A stretch of 64,000 bases of DNA from Octopus sinensis (taxonomy: Eukaryota). Below are positions 1 to 14,200 of the stretch, in pieces; position 1 is the stretch's first letter; the number at the start of each line of letters is the position of its first letter. Both the position numbers and the translations under genes were made by a program. The notes under the pieces were generated by a model, which worked only from the letters and a program-made list of their open reading frames with translations, ran no database searches and was not told the origin of the DNA. The DNA lies in contig NC_043017.1 of NCBI RefSeq assembly GCF_006345805.1, positions 23,126,001 through 23,190,000 on the forward strand. Reading direction: 5' to 3'.

Positions 1-35
<35 letters not shown>

Positions 36-744
36 AACATAAAGCTGGAAAATATTCTTTTTACTCTTGGCACAAGGCCCGAAATTTGGGGGGAGGGGCC
101 CAGTCGATTAGATCGACCCCAGTACGCAACTGGTACTTAATTTATCGATCCCGAAAGGATGAAAGGTAAAGTCGAGCTCGGCGGAATTTGAACTCAGAAC
201 ATAAAAACAGACGAAATACCTTAAGCATTTCGCCCGGCATGCTAACGTTTCTTGATTCTTTATTGCCCACTAGGGGCCAACATAGAGGGGACATAGAACA
301 AATCAAAAAACAAACATATGACAAAGATGAACGATAATATGAAAATGAATAAATGGAATGTAACCACTGAGCCCCACTTCTGGGCGACCTCATTTCTACC
401 CTTCATCACCTTTTGTACTCCATTCCTTCTAGAATGTCAAACCCATATAGTCCTCGTTAGTTGAAAATCCCGGTAGCTCCTTCCTATCCATTTCTATCTC
501 TCAACACCTATATCCACTTTTACGTTTCAGTACTCTCTCCAACTATTCTTGCGTAGGTAACACACAACGGTGGGAGAAGGTACATGAAATGGAAAGGAAC
601 TGGTCTAAATAAATGGTGAACCAAAGCGAAAATCCGACCAAAAAAGGGAGAAAGGTTATCAAATCATTCCAAAGCTATGAACATAGTGACGACGATTGAC
701 TGTAGATAATTCTATCTTTCAGAAGTCCATTTTCTGTTGTTATA

Positions 745-1257
745 TCTATATATATAAAACTGTAGTTGTGTGAGTGTCTGTCCCCTTCGATTTAGATTCC
801 TAACTACTCCCACATTTTGCGGTGCAGTTTAACCAAAACCGGGTATCTTATAGTCGTGATTCATATCGAGCCCGTCTGAGTATTAGCGCGCGTCTACGAT
901 GAGTCTACGATTTTAAAAATAATTTAACATAATTTTTTATTCCATTTTAATGCATAATTTTTCGTGTGTCGATGGCGGCGGAGTTGGCGTCCATGGTCAC
1001 ACCTGCACCTGTTTGCTTCTCCCCCTTCTTCCCTCCCTCGTGAAGCTGTGGGGAAGGGAGTGTAAGGAAATCAACGTCGTAAAGCGTTGTCAAGGAGACC
1101 AGCGTTCTTTTAGAACAACGACTTCATGGCTTGAAGACACCAAAACAGAAATGACTAAGAAAGCCCGAATTGGCATCTATAAGGGAAGTAACTCTCTAAA
1201 AATGCTTATATAGTTATTTCCCTTACAAACCCGAGCAACGCCGGGCGATACTGCTAG
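745..1257 (+). mobile_element. Non-autonomous Helitron, 513 bp
   Basis: A|TC 5' end; 3' hairpin cccgagcaacgccggg then CTAG|T; no TSD; near-identical to 43294-43806. Confidence 0.85.
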
Positions 1258-1524
1258 TACAATATAAAAGGAAAATTTACTTATAATTCATTATCGCTAT
1301 CATCTTTATGAGAAATCTCTTAATTTCCTATAAATGGATGTCACAGTCAATCATATAGTTTTCAGTGACGTAGCACAGGTACTCAGTATGTAGTGCTAAA
1401 GTCCATTTTGATACCCCCACCTGAACAGATATGATAGGCCTGAGGTAAAGCAACAAGTTAGTTAACAAGCTTTTATTGGAGCCAATATTTTAGCTCAAAC
1501 AAAACAAAATTGTTTCACTTCTCT

Positions 1525-1670
1525 CAGTGGCGTAGATAGGGTGTGTGCACCCAGAGTAGTCCTTGAGTTTGTCGTCTCAAAACCCCGGGTCTCCTCGCCC
1601 CCCGACAGCCTATACAACAGATCCTATCTTCATAAAATCGCCCCAAAATTCACACCAAACTACGCTGCTG
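1525..1670. mobile_element. Short hAT-like MITE relic
   Basis: CAGTGGCGTAG ... CTACGCTGCTG terminal inverted repeats; TSD poorly preserved. Confidence 0.45.
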
Positions 1671-3929
1671 ACCTCTTCTCTTCACAGTTTTTGCATACAT
1701 TGTACATAATATCGTGTCACTAGACAAACAATTATCACATCTTATTTTATCTCACATTGGTTAATGTTTATACATTTTTGAGAATGGTTTGATGAGCCGG
1801 AGGTCATCAACTGAACTTAGGACAGCAGAAAGGTGAAAATTGACACCGAAAGGCCTTCACACCTGAACTCAGTGAGGTGAAACTTCACATTTGTAAAGTT
1901 TCGACTTTCTATGGTCTGTAAAACTGTTTCTCTGTCTCTCGTTGCGCATCACCACGTCCTTTGACTTTCCAGCAAACGGGTCTGGATCATTTTATTAAAC
2001 AATATCAGATTGGAAATATAAAACTATCGATGACTTCTTCGTTTTTTCCGTTGATTTCTTTTTCGAATGCCATATCAATCACATCATTCGCAAACAACCA
2101 ATATGCCGGCCCCTTCTTTCGTAGATAACTTTATTAATTGCCATTAGACAACGCGTTGTCTGCAAGTCTTACATTATAGAGGAAAAGAGCGAAAAGACAA
2201 GTAAAACTATTGACCAGAAATTATAAAACGTATCGTATAACGAAGTAGAATTCAAATAACGTTTTACACTAACACGGAAATATTTTCCAGGGGAACTATT
2301 TTATAAGTAACACCGCTCTTTGATGCGCCATGTGAAAAGGCTAACCTTGTTTTAGGCTTACAGTCTTTACTGCCCAGTGAGTAATGGAAACGTGTTTCTT
2401 CTTTCAAATATTTCAATATTGTTATTAGGTATTATTTATATTATCTTCATTGTTGATCCTGTGTTTAATGACATCGATATTTCGAGAGTTTTGTTACAAG
2501 AACCCCGGTCGTATATGGCCTGCTGAGTTGTCAACATTAACAGATGTTGTTGACAACTTTAAAGCTATTTAATTATTTTAGTCCTTTAATTTCATAACTA
2601 TTTACGGTTTAATTTTCTGTTGCTTTCCTCCCCTCCCTCTAATTATTTGGCCAGTTAATGGTAACTTATAAAGATTCTAGGACGACCTTTTTGCTGTATT
2701 TAGTTAGGTTTTGAGTTCAAATCTCATTCGAGTCAACTTTGCTTTGAGATTCTCCGTCATTTCCTACTTGTGGTTCAAGTTAAAGACCAGACAGAATCGG
2801 ACACGGACCCTGGTTACTTCATATTTTTGTGTCAGATTAGATAAAATGTGAAACTTTAAAGACAGAAAATGAAAGCGGAAATGCAGATGGTAAAATGTAG
2901 TTAAATTCAGATTTATGCTGCTGCTGTAACAATTATCTGCATTATTACTTCTAAAAATAATTTCCGTAAGGTATAAAGCAGTCACTATTAAATGTATTAG
3001 AGATTGCACATACTAAAATTCTTCAAATGAATATATAGAGCTCATTTTTACAAAGAATAATATTCTCCCGACATCTGTTATCAGTTGCTAAATTTAGTTC
3101 TTCGCATATGTTCAAGTGTGAAGAGAACGAAATATCACTCGTTCCACGTCATTGCATTTTTTTTTGGTTTTTTTTTTTTGCAACCATCGCCGACTGTTTT
3201 GTCATCTTTGTACAGAATTTTGTAGCAGCAACGTATATGGAGAAACTAAGCACATTTCGTTGTTTCCGTTTAGGTTTTTAAGTTCCCATTTTCAATCTGA
3301 TACGGATATAGGACTTAAATCCTTTTACAATCAACATTATAAATGTCCAACTTTTGAGCGCTTTTTCGTTTCCAAGATCTGATGAAAGTGCAAGTATTTA
3401 CCGTGTTAGGGTCAGGTCAATCTGTATGAATATTATTGAGGGCGAAAATAAAGTTTTATTTTGTTTATTTTTCATACAACCTGTAAACTAATCCAATACT
3501 TTGTAATATAATTGTCAAATCCATCATTTAAAAATGTATAACACCTCAAACTAAAAGATCGATTCTAATTATGTAGGATAAATGTCATCTATCTCATTTC
3601 TTTTGACATAATTCCACTGCATTTACGGTTTGTTGCACGAGGAAGTAGATCAAACAATGGAATAATTGATCGTCAGGTACTTAAAACTAATCAGATTGAT
3701 GGCTTTGTATAGCATCCAGAGATCGCTTTCAACAGTAAAGGAATGTTACGGGACATCTAACAGCGTTGCATTTATTCTATCGTCTAATGCAACCAGAAAA
3801 AAAAACACCTTCTTAACCAACTTCCTGGGCTCTAACGAGTTTTCATGGAATGGCAAACGTTAGTGTCCGACTAAGTGCTTCCATCAGTTTCAACAGTGGG
3901 ACCAATGTCACCGAATTGAACTGGATTTC

Positions 3930-4235
3930 GAATAAAATGCTCTGTATATAACATCAGGGTATTAGTTTTTCCAGTTTTACCTTCAGCTGTTATTACTTTC
4001 ACGTTCGTCATGTCATATGCTCGATAATACACGAGATTGATGACTTGCAATGAAATAGTTTTCCTTGGGAAATATAGCCCTTTTGCAATAATAATTTCTC
4101 GTGACAAACGTGTGGTACACCTCAATTATTATCTATCTGCGCAATGCAAGGTCTACGATGGGCTTCGTGGTTCTCACCACAACCAGGACAAAGTTGAATG
4201 CAATGAAAGAGACCATCATTTGCAGAAAAGTAACT
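3930..4235 (-). mobile_element. Possible degraded Helitron PIF1-helicase C-terminal remnant
   Basis: GLYFPR...NVKVITAEGKTGKT..LYTE loosely resembles Helitron helicase C-termini; judged by eye only. Confidence 0.25.
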
Positions 4236-4384
4236 GTGTCTTGTGTATTTACAGTTAATCGATCTCGTCTGCCAACTTTTAATATTCTTGGGTTAGTTTA
4301 TTGCTATTATTTGCTCACGTCAATTAGGATTGTAATAAAAGTATTTGGTTGATCGAACTTCGGCAAACCTTCACAAGTGTGCCT

Positions 4385-4895
4385 TCCCCCGGAATTTGTT
4401 TCCTCATAACTTTCAGAAAAATGGGTATATTTTTTATGAAATTTTCTGCAAGTGCTTTTCAGACTGTGTAGATTACGATTAATTTAACATGAAAAAAAAA
4501 AAAAGTGATGGGCCCCACTGATACATACTGACACACATTCAGTATGTTTACAGAATGAAAATTGTGATGTGTGTTAGTATAAATGTGTACACGCCCATCA
4601 TTTTTCTTATTGATTTCCAATATAATCGTGATTTGCATACTCTGAAAAGCATTTGTAGAAAATTTCATTAAAAAATACCCGTTTTTCTTTAAGTTAGGAA
4701 ACAAAACCTACTCGGGTCAATTTTTCGAAACTTCTCTTCTTGCTCTGGGAAGAGAACAATTTTTTTACAATAAATTTCATAGAAACAGAATCTACAACAT
4801 CTGAAGCATATTTGTAGAAAACTTCATCAAAATATATTCTCTTTTTTTTCTTCTTTTTTTTTATGAAAGTTATGAGGGAAGAAAGTCAGTGGGGA
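4385..4895. repeat. Degenerate foldback/MITE with inverted arms
   Basis: 4395-4480 is an imperfect reverse complement of 4623-4705, with a third related arm at ~4790-4890. Confidence 0.5.
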
Positions 4896-6234
4896 CAGAA
4901 TTGTGTAGTTATGCCCTAACTTCAGTACCTTACTGGATGTAGTAACTAGCTATCACCCAACTGCCTACAATGTTTTCATTCCTTAATAGTTTTGTTTTCT
5001 ACTTTTGGCCTCATATTTATTTTTTCATCTGAAATTAAACATATAAGTAAATACTTTTATTTTCATGGGAGTCTGGAAACAAAGGATCATGCTGGATTCT
5101 AAGTAAAAAAAGTTGTTTATATTATTTGCTGTTATTTAGTGGTAGATGTATAAAATTTAGAAACAGTTCTGGACTCTGTCCCGGAAGAAAACTTTTTAAT
5201 CTATTTCAAATTCAGGACTTTTGTTTAAATTGTTTTGTCAATCACGCAATATAAAGGTTGAGTGGAAAACATTTGAACTTCACTGTAGGTATCAGTTGGT
5301 CTTAATTGAGGCTTGACTGTTACCTGCAAAAGTCTTTTCTGTTATTAAACCAATGAAATTCTTTGTCATATATCTATTCCACTTACCTTGCTCCTTGTTT
5401 TTTTTTCCAGTGCTCTGAAGATCCAGACTTTTGGTTTCCCCATTTAAGGAAGGTCTCCAAGTACCTTTTGGGGAACATTCACGTTTTGTGACTGCCTTAA
5501 CTGCATATCACTTGAATTTCAACATTGGAATATGGTATTTGCTTTAATGATATCTTTGGTGTTTGATAGTTTTGATTACAATCTGTTTGCCAAAGAAGTA
5601 AATCTCACCTTAATCTTCTTCTTTGACCTGGCTTGGAAATTGGGACAAGAAATTCCGTCGTTATTAACCATTGCACTTACAATGGTCAGCATCTCTGAGG
5701 AGGAGTAATAGTGTCCACAAGAACAACACCATCAATTTGATCATCTTTTGTGGACCCAACCATGCAGCAAATATCTTCCTTTCAACTTTATTGGACTAAC
5801 TTGGTGCGGACTGAATTCATGCTAAATGACTTGTCATGGCGATTTTAGCTGTTTACGACTACTCAAGTTGTATCTTTTCTCTACTAATTACTAGTATGCA
5901 TGTCAGTGTAGTTTGATTTCCTCTTTTGACAGTGAATGAATGGATGTGGATGTAAGCTATCTCTAAATTAAAAAATATAATTAACACATACATACATACA
6001 TCTATATTGCAGTTTCACAGTAATTTTGGATAGTAGCATGGCTGCAACAGTATTTTCTTTTTAATTAAAATTTTTTAAATAGTAGCAGTTGTTCTTCATA
6101 CTTGGAGAATACCTTTCTGCTAAATCATTCTAACATGATTTAATAATGCTGAGTTTACACCTGAGGCAAGTAGAGGTTTGTGTTGCCCTGAAGTTTGTAC
6201 CCATGACCATGAGGTTAGCTGTGCAGCATTTTAA

Positions 6235-6413
6235 CCCTTTCATTACCAACCTGGCTGAAACTGCCTCTCGCTCTGTAGCACAAGATCTTCCACCAAACCT
6301 TAGTCACAGTTTATGTTCCTAACACTAGCTTAAAGATAACCAAGTTATTTGTTATATTTAAAGTTAGTGAAAGAAACACAGAGCATCTCGAAATAAATAT
6401 GGTAACGAAAGGG
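6235..6413. mobile_element. piggyBac-type MITE
   Basis: TTAA TSD on both sides; TIR CCCTTTCRTTACC / GGTAACGAAAGGG. Confidence 0.8.
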
Positions 6414-9400
6414 TTAAGCTCACTAATATTATTAATCAAGGCAGTGGGCTGGCGGAACCATTACCATGCTGGACAAAATGCTTTGCAGCATTTCTTCTGG
6501 CTTTAGATTCTTGGTTCAAATGCCACCAAGGTCCGCTTTGCCTTTCATCTTCTTGCCATCGATAAAATAAGTACCAGTGGAACACTGGGGTCAATGTAAT
6601 TGACTGGTCCCTTCCCCACAAATCTCAGGCCTTATATTTCTTATACATAAATATTCTCTATATTGCAAGTATTTGTTACTAACACTTTATTCACTAAGAA
6701 AAAAAATTTTACTTTCCCATTTTTACTACTTTTCAACACAAGATTAATTTCAAATAGACTTCGTTCAGCTTTTTTTTTTTGTCTTTCTGCTGTCAATTTC
6801 TAATTAAAGTATTGTACCCTACTTGACCTCAGTCTGTCTTCAGCGTAAAACAATTGACACTTCTACCCCAAGACTAAATGAAGGACAAACCAACAGTGGA
6901 AACAATAGGTTAACATTAAAAATACACTCAATTTTAAAAATTCAATTCACTTACAAAATAACAATCACACATGCATTCTCACTCTCTCTCTCTCTGAATA
7001 TTTGGAGAACTACTCACATATATTTTGGACAGTGCTACTGCTGCTGGACATATATGCATCCAAGACTGCAGCCAAAAGAAGGACAGTGAATAGCATGGTA
7101 ATGATTCATTTAGCAACATGCTGCAATCCTAGTCTCACAGATGTGCATTTTCCTCTTCCGTTGCTACTACAATGGCCTATGTGCTGCTTCAAAACTGTTA
7201 GTTGTATATCCTCTCCTCCCAGACACATCTGTCTCTCATTTTCCTGACACCTTCACCGGATCTCAAGACCCTGCATGGAACAACTACTCCTTATTCTTTC
7301 TTACCAGGACCGCAAATATCAGTTTGTGAGTGAGGCCTGCACAGATCATGGCCACTGCCCCTCCATCCCTGATTAAATTATATTAACCCCGCCCGCCCAC
7401 TCCCAAATATTTTGTAATATTTCATGGTTTAGGTGAAATCAGAGAGCTGTTGAAACAAACACTGTGATTTACAATGGAACGTTGGCTGCTGGAACTTTTA
7501 AGTTGGCTCATTTGTAGTTTAATAACATTAATGTTAAAAAAAGAACAGAGACATGTATATTAATTATATTTTTTCTTCATAAACTTTGTATGCTGGAGCA
7601 TGTGTTCACATGTTTATTAGTTTTAAACTATTGTAGTTTATTTCTAAATTATATTGGATTCAGAATATGAAAAATAAACTGTTATGTTAGGAATTCAACT
7701 ATATTCTCGTGCATACACTGAAGCAAAATAAAAATGCTTTCTTTTTCTCTACACTAACATTAAAAAAAAATTGTTTTCCTTCACTTTAAGCCAAAAAAAG
7801 AAAAATGCCTTAGATTATAATTATTATTTTTTTTTTCCTATTTTCAACGAATCTTCTATAATGTGACCACCTCCACAGAAATTTTGCTGCAACATTTTTT
7901 GGCGGTATTTCCTAACAACTATTTTTTAATAAATATTTCTTCATAATTTTGTTTCCAGCATTTATTATTTATTTCTTTGATATTTGTTGCTTATCTTTCT
8001 TACACGCTGTGACAATATTGAGGGGAGCGGAGTGGCATATTGCAGATGACTAACTTAACTGCGAGAACTGGCTCCTTACCTTATGGAAAACTGTTAAATG
8101 TTTCTGCTTTGGTGCACATGGCATATGTTTACTGTCAGTAGTACCATTAACATTGCTCAGAGGTACTACACAATTTTTGGTACTATTTTATTACATGTTT
8201 AGCAAACTAAATGCCATTAGAATTTGAACTCAAAATCTAGAAAGTGGAATCAAAGTGCTAAATTAATTTCTTTATTTCCCAACAACTCTTCTCTCTCTGA
8301 TCTAAATATTGTTATTTCAGGTCTTATTGTACTTTTCACATCACAACAAGACACAGTTCTCTGTCTGTTGGCTTTATGCAATGTTTTATTTTCTGTTGTG
8401 TTGAAAGAACTTTAGTGCACAGGGTACCTCTTGCAGTTTGGGTTATATATATTTGCACATTTTTTAAAAGCATTCCCATGGAACCTCTTATAGGGAATTT
8501 TTCTGTTTTCAGTCCCTACATTCTGGTTATCATCTGTATTCCCAAGTCTTTATATTTGGGTAGTTTCTACATTCCTTTTAGTTTATTATTATTAGTATTA
8601 TCAGGGTGTTGAGATGGTAACTGGTTGTCTTGCAATATATTATTACAATCCCATGTGCTTTTACTTAAAATTCTACCTATCGGCTTTGCTTTTTATCCTT
8701 CCAGTTTCAATAAAATATATACCAGGGATAAAGCAGGGATGGTTAAAATCATCTGCAATCCTCCTCACATTCATTATTATTGATCACTTCATTCTAATAA
8801 GATAGCACCTTACACTGAAATCTTTCTCTTGGATATCATGAACAATGCTTAGAGATACTGTTAAATTGTCAGATTTACACTCAAGCCATTGTAGGACTGT
8901 TCATTATTAAGAGTGGTTCAATGATGGCTACCTCATCATTTTATGTCTGTTTTTCCATCTTGGCATGAGTTGGATGGCTCTGCTCTGGCACAGTATTTCA
9001 TTACTTGTCATCCTCTTCTGTAGGCTCCTTCAGCTTGGATCACCTGAGCCTTCGGAGTCCAGTTGTTATCCTTCATATGCATCACATGTACATAACAGCA
9101 TCGTTTTCTTGCAGCTGATAACTCTGCTACTCATTATTATCTTCTGTCATCTCACTTGTGCACCATCAGAAACTTCCTTTAAGCTGTATCTGGTTAATAT
9201 ATTTTATTTATAACACTTGAAATGACATTGAAAGAAAGGATGTGGGTGAAAATCATGTTTCACATTACATTCAGCAAGTGAACTGCTGTGGTACTTCCAT
9301 TAATTAGCAATCTCTAACAAATCTCCTGTCAAATAAACACCCAATATTGGAAGTTTTGGATCCATATCTCTCAGGTAGCTAATCTTCATGCAAATTATAT

Positions 9401-11195
9401 AATAACAATAAAAACATAATTATTCTAAATTATTTAATCATCTTGTTGCTTGGCAGATTATAATTTGGAGTTTTGAAGCCAACCTGCTTTAAGTAAACCC
9501 TGCATCCCTTTGACATCAGATTTAGCTACCCATAAGTGTGCTTTTACATGTTTTCTTAACCTGCTAAGAATAGCAGCCAAATCTTTCATACTTCACGTTA
9601 CTATATTGGGATAAAAAAAAGATCACATTAGACAATGTTGTCCTATACACCCCTAAAAAGACAGAATAGTCGTGGGTGGAATGTTTACTCACTGATGTGG
9701 GTTTAAACAACCACCACCTGTGTAATGAATTAGCTATAAAGAAGGTGAATGCTTTGTTAGATTTTTGTTGTTTTGCAAAGAGAAATTACCATATTTTTTT
9801 ACTGAAGAAAGATTTTAACAAGACTTACTTTTATTCCTGAAATAATTTATACAGTTAGCAGGTTTTTTTAAATAATGCATATTGAAGAAATATACCCATA
9901 ATTCTAGTGCTGTTGAGAAAAATATTTGTTCAACCCAGCTGGTAATGACTGGCTTTAAGTAAAAACTACAAAATTTATACAGTGCAGGTAAATTCAATTA
10001 AGAATTTTATTGGGTGAATAAGACAGGCTACATATGATCTAACATTACCTAAGGAAAAAAAAAAAAGAACATATGCCTTTCTTTTGTAAATGATATATCA
10101 ATGGTATTGTGAGAATTTTGACCTTCCTGTATGATCCACATAATCTTCCACTGATATATATATAACACATTTTAAATGTATAATCAGGTGTATTACTGTT
10201 GCCTGCTAATTTTTATTTTATTTTTGCCAAGTAATAACATCTGTTAATTCCCCTCTTTGATAGGGTAAAAACAGTTGATTTTATTCTGCTGGAATATGAA
10301 GACATTGTAAATGGGAGAAATCAACTCTCAACCAACCAAATGTTTGTGTATATGTGTGAATTGTTAAAGACATTCTATTATACTGATGTCAATCATAGAA
10401 TTAATTGACAATGATTTTGTGGCAAACATTTAATGAGAGACTTTTCAGCAACGCCTGCCAGATCTGTTAGTCATACAGTGAACTTCCTTTAAAGTACAGC
10501 TGAAGGATTTAAAAGCCAAGTTAGCAACTGAGAAGATTACCATAGATTAGATGTAAGAAACTGAAAACATTAATGAACAACTTAAAAAGACTACAGGTTG
10601 ATACAACCATGACAGCAAGTTTTTAGACAAGACCTGTTGCTCTGGTTTTTTCATTAGTTAATGCAGGAATACAAAAGCATAATTTTCAGTTGGATATTTT
10701 TCTAAGTCCAACTGATTCTCCACCCTCTTCCAATTTTATAAATTAGTTAAATAACTTACGTTATAAATTGAAGAAAATGTTTTCAAATAAGCACATATAC
10801 ATGTAGGTGTGTATATATATGTTGTCAGGAAGATACCCTTGGTACCCTTTTGGTTATCCACTGGTTTTGGTGTTGATCTTCATCTTCATCTTATGATCGC
10901 ATTCCAAATTGGCAAGAATAGTAGTTATTATCAAGCTGGTGTTCAGGAATGTAAAAGTCATGCACAGCATAACTGGTAGATAGTAACACATGAATACGTC
11001 AGTAGCATTCATTTTAAAATTATGATCACAACTGTATAAATATATATTACAAATTATTGTATCTCAGAGAAATTAAGAATGGTCTTGGAACATCATTTCA
11101 AAGAGCCATGTATTCAGCACAATCGAATCAGTTCTGGTGTTCTTCAATAGACAGGTTTTGTATTTCATTTATCATAAAGTGGAGAGCAACAACAA

Positions 11196-11273
11196 CTACA
11201 TAGACTTCAGCTGAGACATTAAGTCGTCTATGCTAACTCCTGATGTTTCGACAGTTGCCTCTTTTCCTGACGT
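11196..11273 (-). CDS. UBA5: UBA5 last coding exon ([25 protein letters not shown])
   Basis: tttcag| acceptor; TAG at 11198-11196; resembles the UFC1-binding C-terminal helix. Confidence 0.93.
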   Translation of the reverse strand, partial: TSGKEATVETSGVSIDDLMSQLKSM

Positions 11274-14200
11274 CTGAAATAAAAACCAGTAAAAAAAAAA
11301 AATATTTTTATGATGACCAGAGAATTATCAGAAGAAAATAGGACAAACATTCAGAGAGATGGGGAGAGAAATATTTCAGGTTATTATTTGGTTAAGTATG
11401 AGTGTAAATCTAAGGTAAAAAAAAAAACAATTTTGTAATTAGTTGTAATTATTACTTTGAGGAGTCAAAAGAAATTAGAAAACAAAGAAGTACTAAAGAT
11501 GGACAAAGTCCATTTGTCTTGTTTTTCTTGATCATGACCGTAAACTGAAAAACCTAACTTTGTTCTTTTCAACACTTCATGCTAAATGTATCTAAGCATT
11601 CTGAAGAAATTTATCTGATGGGGTAGATAATTGGGGTCACAGATATACAACACCTAAAAAATAATAAAAGAAGAATGGACAAAACTGAAGCACATTTGAT
11701 CATAGATGTTCCAGGGCACTAAACAACAACCACACCTGTGATAATAACAAAAACGTAAAAGTCTCGTGATGATTATTATGAATATTATGATTCATTGAAT
11801 GAAATTCAGCTTAGTACACTTAACCCTTTCACAATCATATTTCTGATAAAATACACTAATATTTTCCAAATTAATTTTGGCAATAATTTGGAAGGATTTA
11901 ATAAACTAATTGAATTTATCGTTATTCTGGTTTTTGGAACATAACTTGAAAAGTTTGAGGTGATCTTAGCTGTGTTACTAACAAAAAGGGTCATGTCATT
12001 GTAGGTCTCTAACTCTTTCTCCCTTAACAAATAATTCATCTACAAATTGTAAAGTCCTTTAACAACATCATCATAGTAAAATTAACATGTGAAGAACAAA
12101 AGGGAATATCTTAAACTGTCCTTACATTGTTATCTGGAACAGTGTATGCCAACTTGATTCCTTCACTAAGAATTGGTGTGTCTCCTGTAGCTGCCTTCAG
12201 CTCCTCTTCACTTGTTTCAGATACCAGTTCTATTTCTGAGGGATTAAAGAAGAAATCTTATATTACCTTAATATCATTATCATCATCAAGATGAGAAACC
12301 ATCATTATTATTGATTGATTTATTAATTAGAACTTTGGATTAGTAGAATCAGTAAAGTGTTGAACAAAGTATCTTGAAGTATGTGTTTCCATCAGCATTT
12401 AGGGTTCAAATTCAGCAGAGGATGACTCTACATTTATTCTTCTAGGATCAGTGAATTAGAGTATAGGTCAAATACTAGGGATGATTTAATCAACTATACC
12501 CTATCCCAACATTGTTTTTTTTTTCTCTCTCTTTACAATAACACAAAGCTATAAATTTGAGGAGTCTAATGAATTGAATCAACTTGTGTATTATTTATCT
12601 GCCTCTGGATGAAAGAAGAGCAAAAAAATTGATCCTATCAGAATTAGAACTCAGAATAATAACACAGGGAGAAAACTAATAAGTGTAAGACATTTAAATC
12701 TGGTACTTCTACCACTTGCTAGTTTTCTATCACTGAATATTAAAACTGAACATTTTTTTTTTATTTGTCTCATACAAACAACACACCAACTGTCATATAT
12801 AAACACATACGTTTTAACTTCAGTCATTTCATACAATATAACATAACAAAACTTAAAACTAGTAAAAAGTGGGATAGATATAATCCAAATTTTACATGAC
12901 ATGAACTTAACTTACTCCATTCATTTTCTTCATGTTCAACTGGAGACTCTTCTACTTCAAGTAAAACTTCTTTTGGTTTCAAAGCTTCTCTTTTCTGGAA
13001 AGAATGAAACAATGGAACATTAACTAAACCTTACCGATTACATACACGCAGTGAATTAAAGAATATATGTATAATTAACTTTCTAAATATAGTTTTCTTA
13101 TTTTCACAACACACCTAGCTATATGTTATGGTGCACCAAATGAGAACACTGTTTAATATACAGGAGAGAGAATTTATCTTTTCTTATATTATTATCACTA
13201 AGATGTTTTCTCACCTTGTATTCTTCTTGTTGTTTAAGACAGAATCTATCATCACACTGAGGGTTTGGTTTCATTCTCATTGTTGGGAAAAAGTCTTCAA
13301 GAGCATTGTAGCCAAGGTAAGGAGTGACTGTTCCAAATTTCAGGAGATATCTGTGTAAAGAGATAAATACGAATTAACAACAAATCCATTTTTGAAATAA
13401 TAACAGATTTGCTGTTATTTAGTTCCAAGTCAGTCCTCATTGAGCAAAAATAATAAAAGCTGTTCTAGTTGTGATTTTCTTGTCTTCCTTTCAGTGACTA
13501 TCCAATGACCCTTCTTTTTTAGGCCATGGTAGAATGTGATTTGAACGTTTGTTTAGCTGCTAATTTTATCAAGTTGCAGAACTTTCTGAATGGCATGCCA
13601 AACGAAAAATTACCTCTAATCTTTTTAGTAATGTAGCCTACCTGATGAAGAGCCCTGTTTCATGGGTCCACTTCTTGAAATAGGTTGCCATGCCAGCATA
13701 GAATCGTATTGTTTTATGATAATGGAAGAGTTGTTGCATATCCGCAAGTCAACCCTAATCATGAAATAATATTTAAAGATATTCCAGTTATGACCACCCT
13801 CTCTCTTTTATGGTCAAGTCTTGAGCTTCATTTATCTTATGTGTCCTTTCTTGATATAAGATGGAAAGAAAAGATTTCGCTGCTATTTCTTGTAAGTTGA
13901 ATGATACCAAAAGGTAGAGAGTTGAAACTGGAAACCTTTAAGTTATCCAAAACAGTATTTGGTGAGCGATGTGGATGTTCTGTTTTAAATTCCTGGTTGA
14001 AACCATTTCCCTTCACTTATGTCGGGAAAGTTTTTGGAAGAGACATGAATATCATGAATTTCTCATGAAAAAATATACAAGATTTTAAATAATTGATCAG
14101 AAAATCCAGACATTTGATTCTATATATTTCACCTCTAACCTCTATGTGAAATAAATTACTTATTAGCTTTACAGTTTACTCACACATCACAGACTGAGCC

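Noticed and set aside
950-1213. 87-aa ORF duplicated at 43499-43762
   Set aside because: Lies inside a non-autonomous Helitron; its conservation reflects recent transposition, with no protein-like motifs
8020-8185. Two hairpins and an Sm-like AATTTTTGG
   Set aside because: No recognisable similarity to U2, U4, U4atac, U11 or U12; the motif is expected by chance in AT-rich DNA
13633-13690. CTGATGA-AGAG...CTTCTT-GAAA hairpin resembling a hammerhead or H/ACA hairpin in UBA5 intron 8
   Set aside because: No stem III or UH cleavage site between GAAA and the closing stem, and no convincing H box or second hairpin on the sense strand
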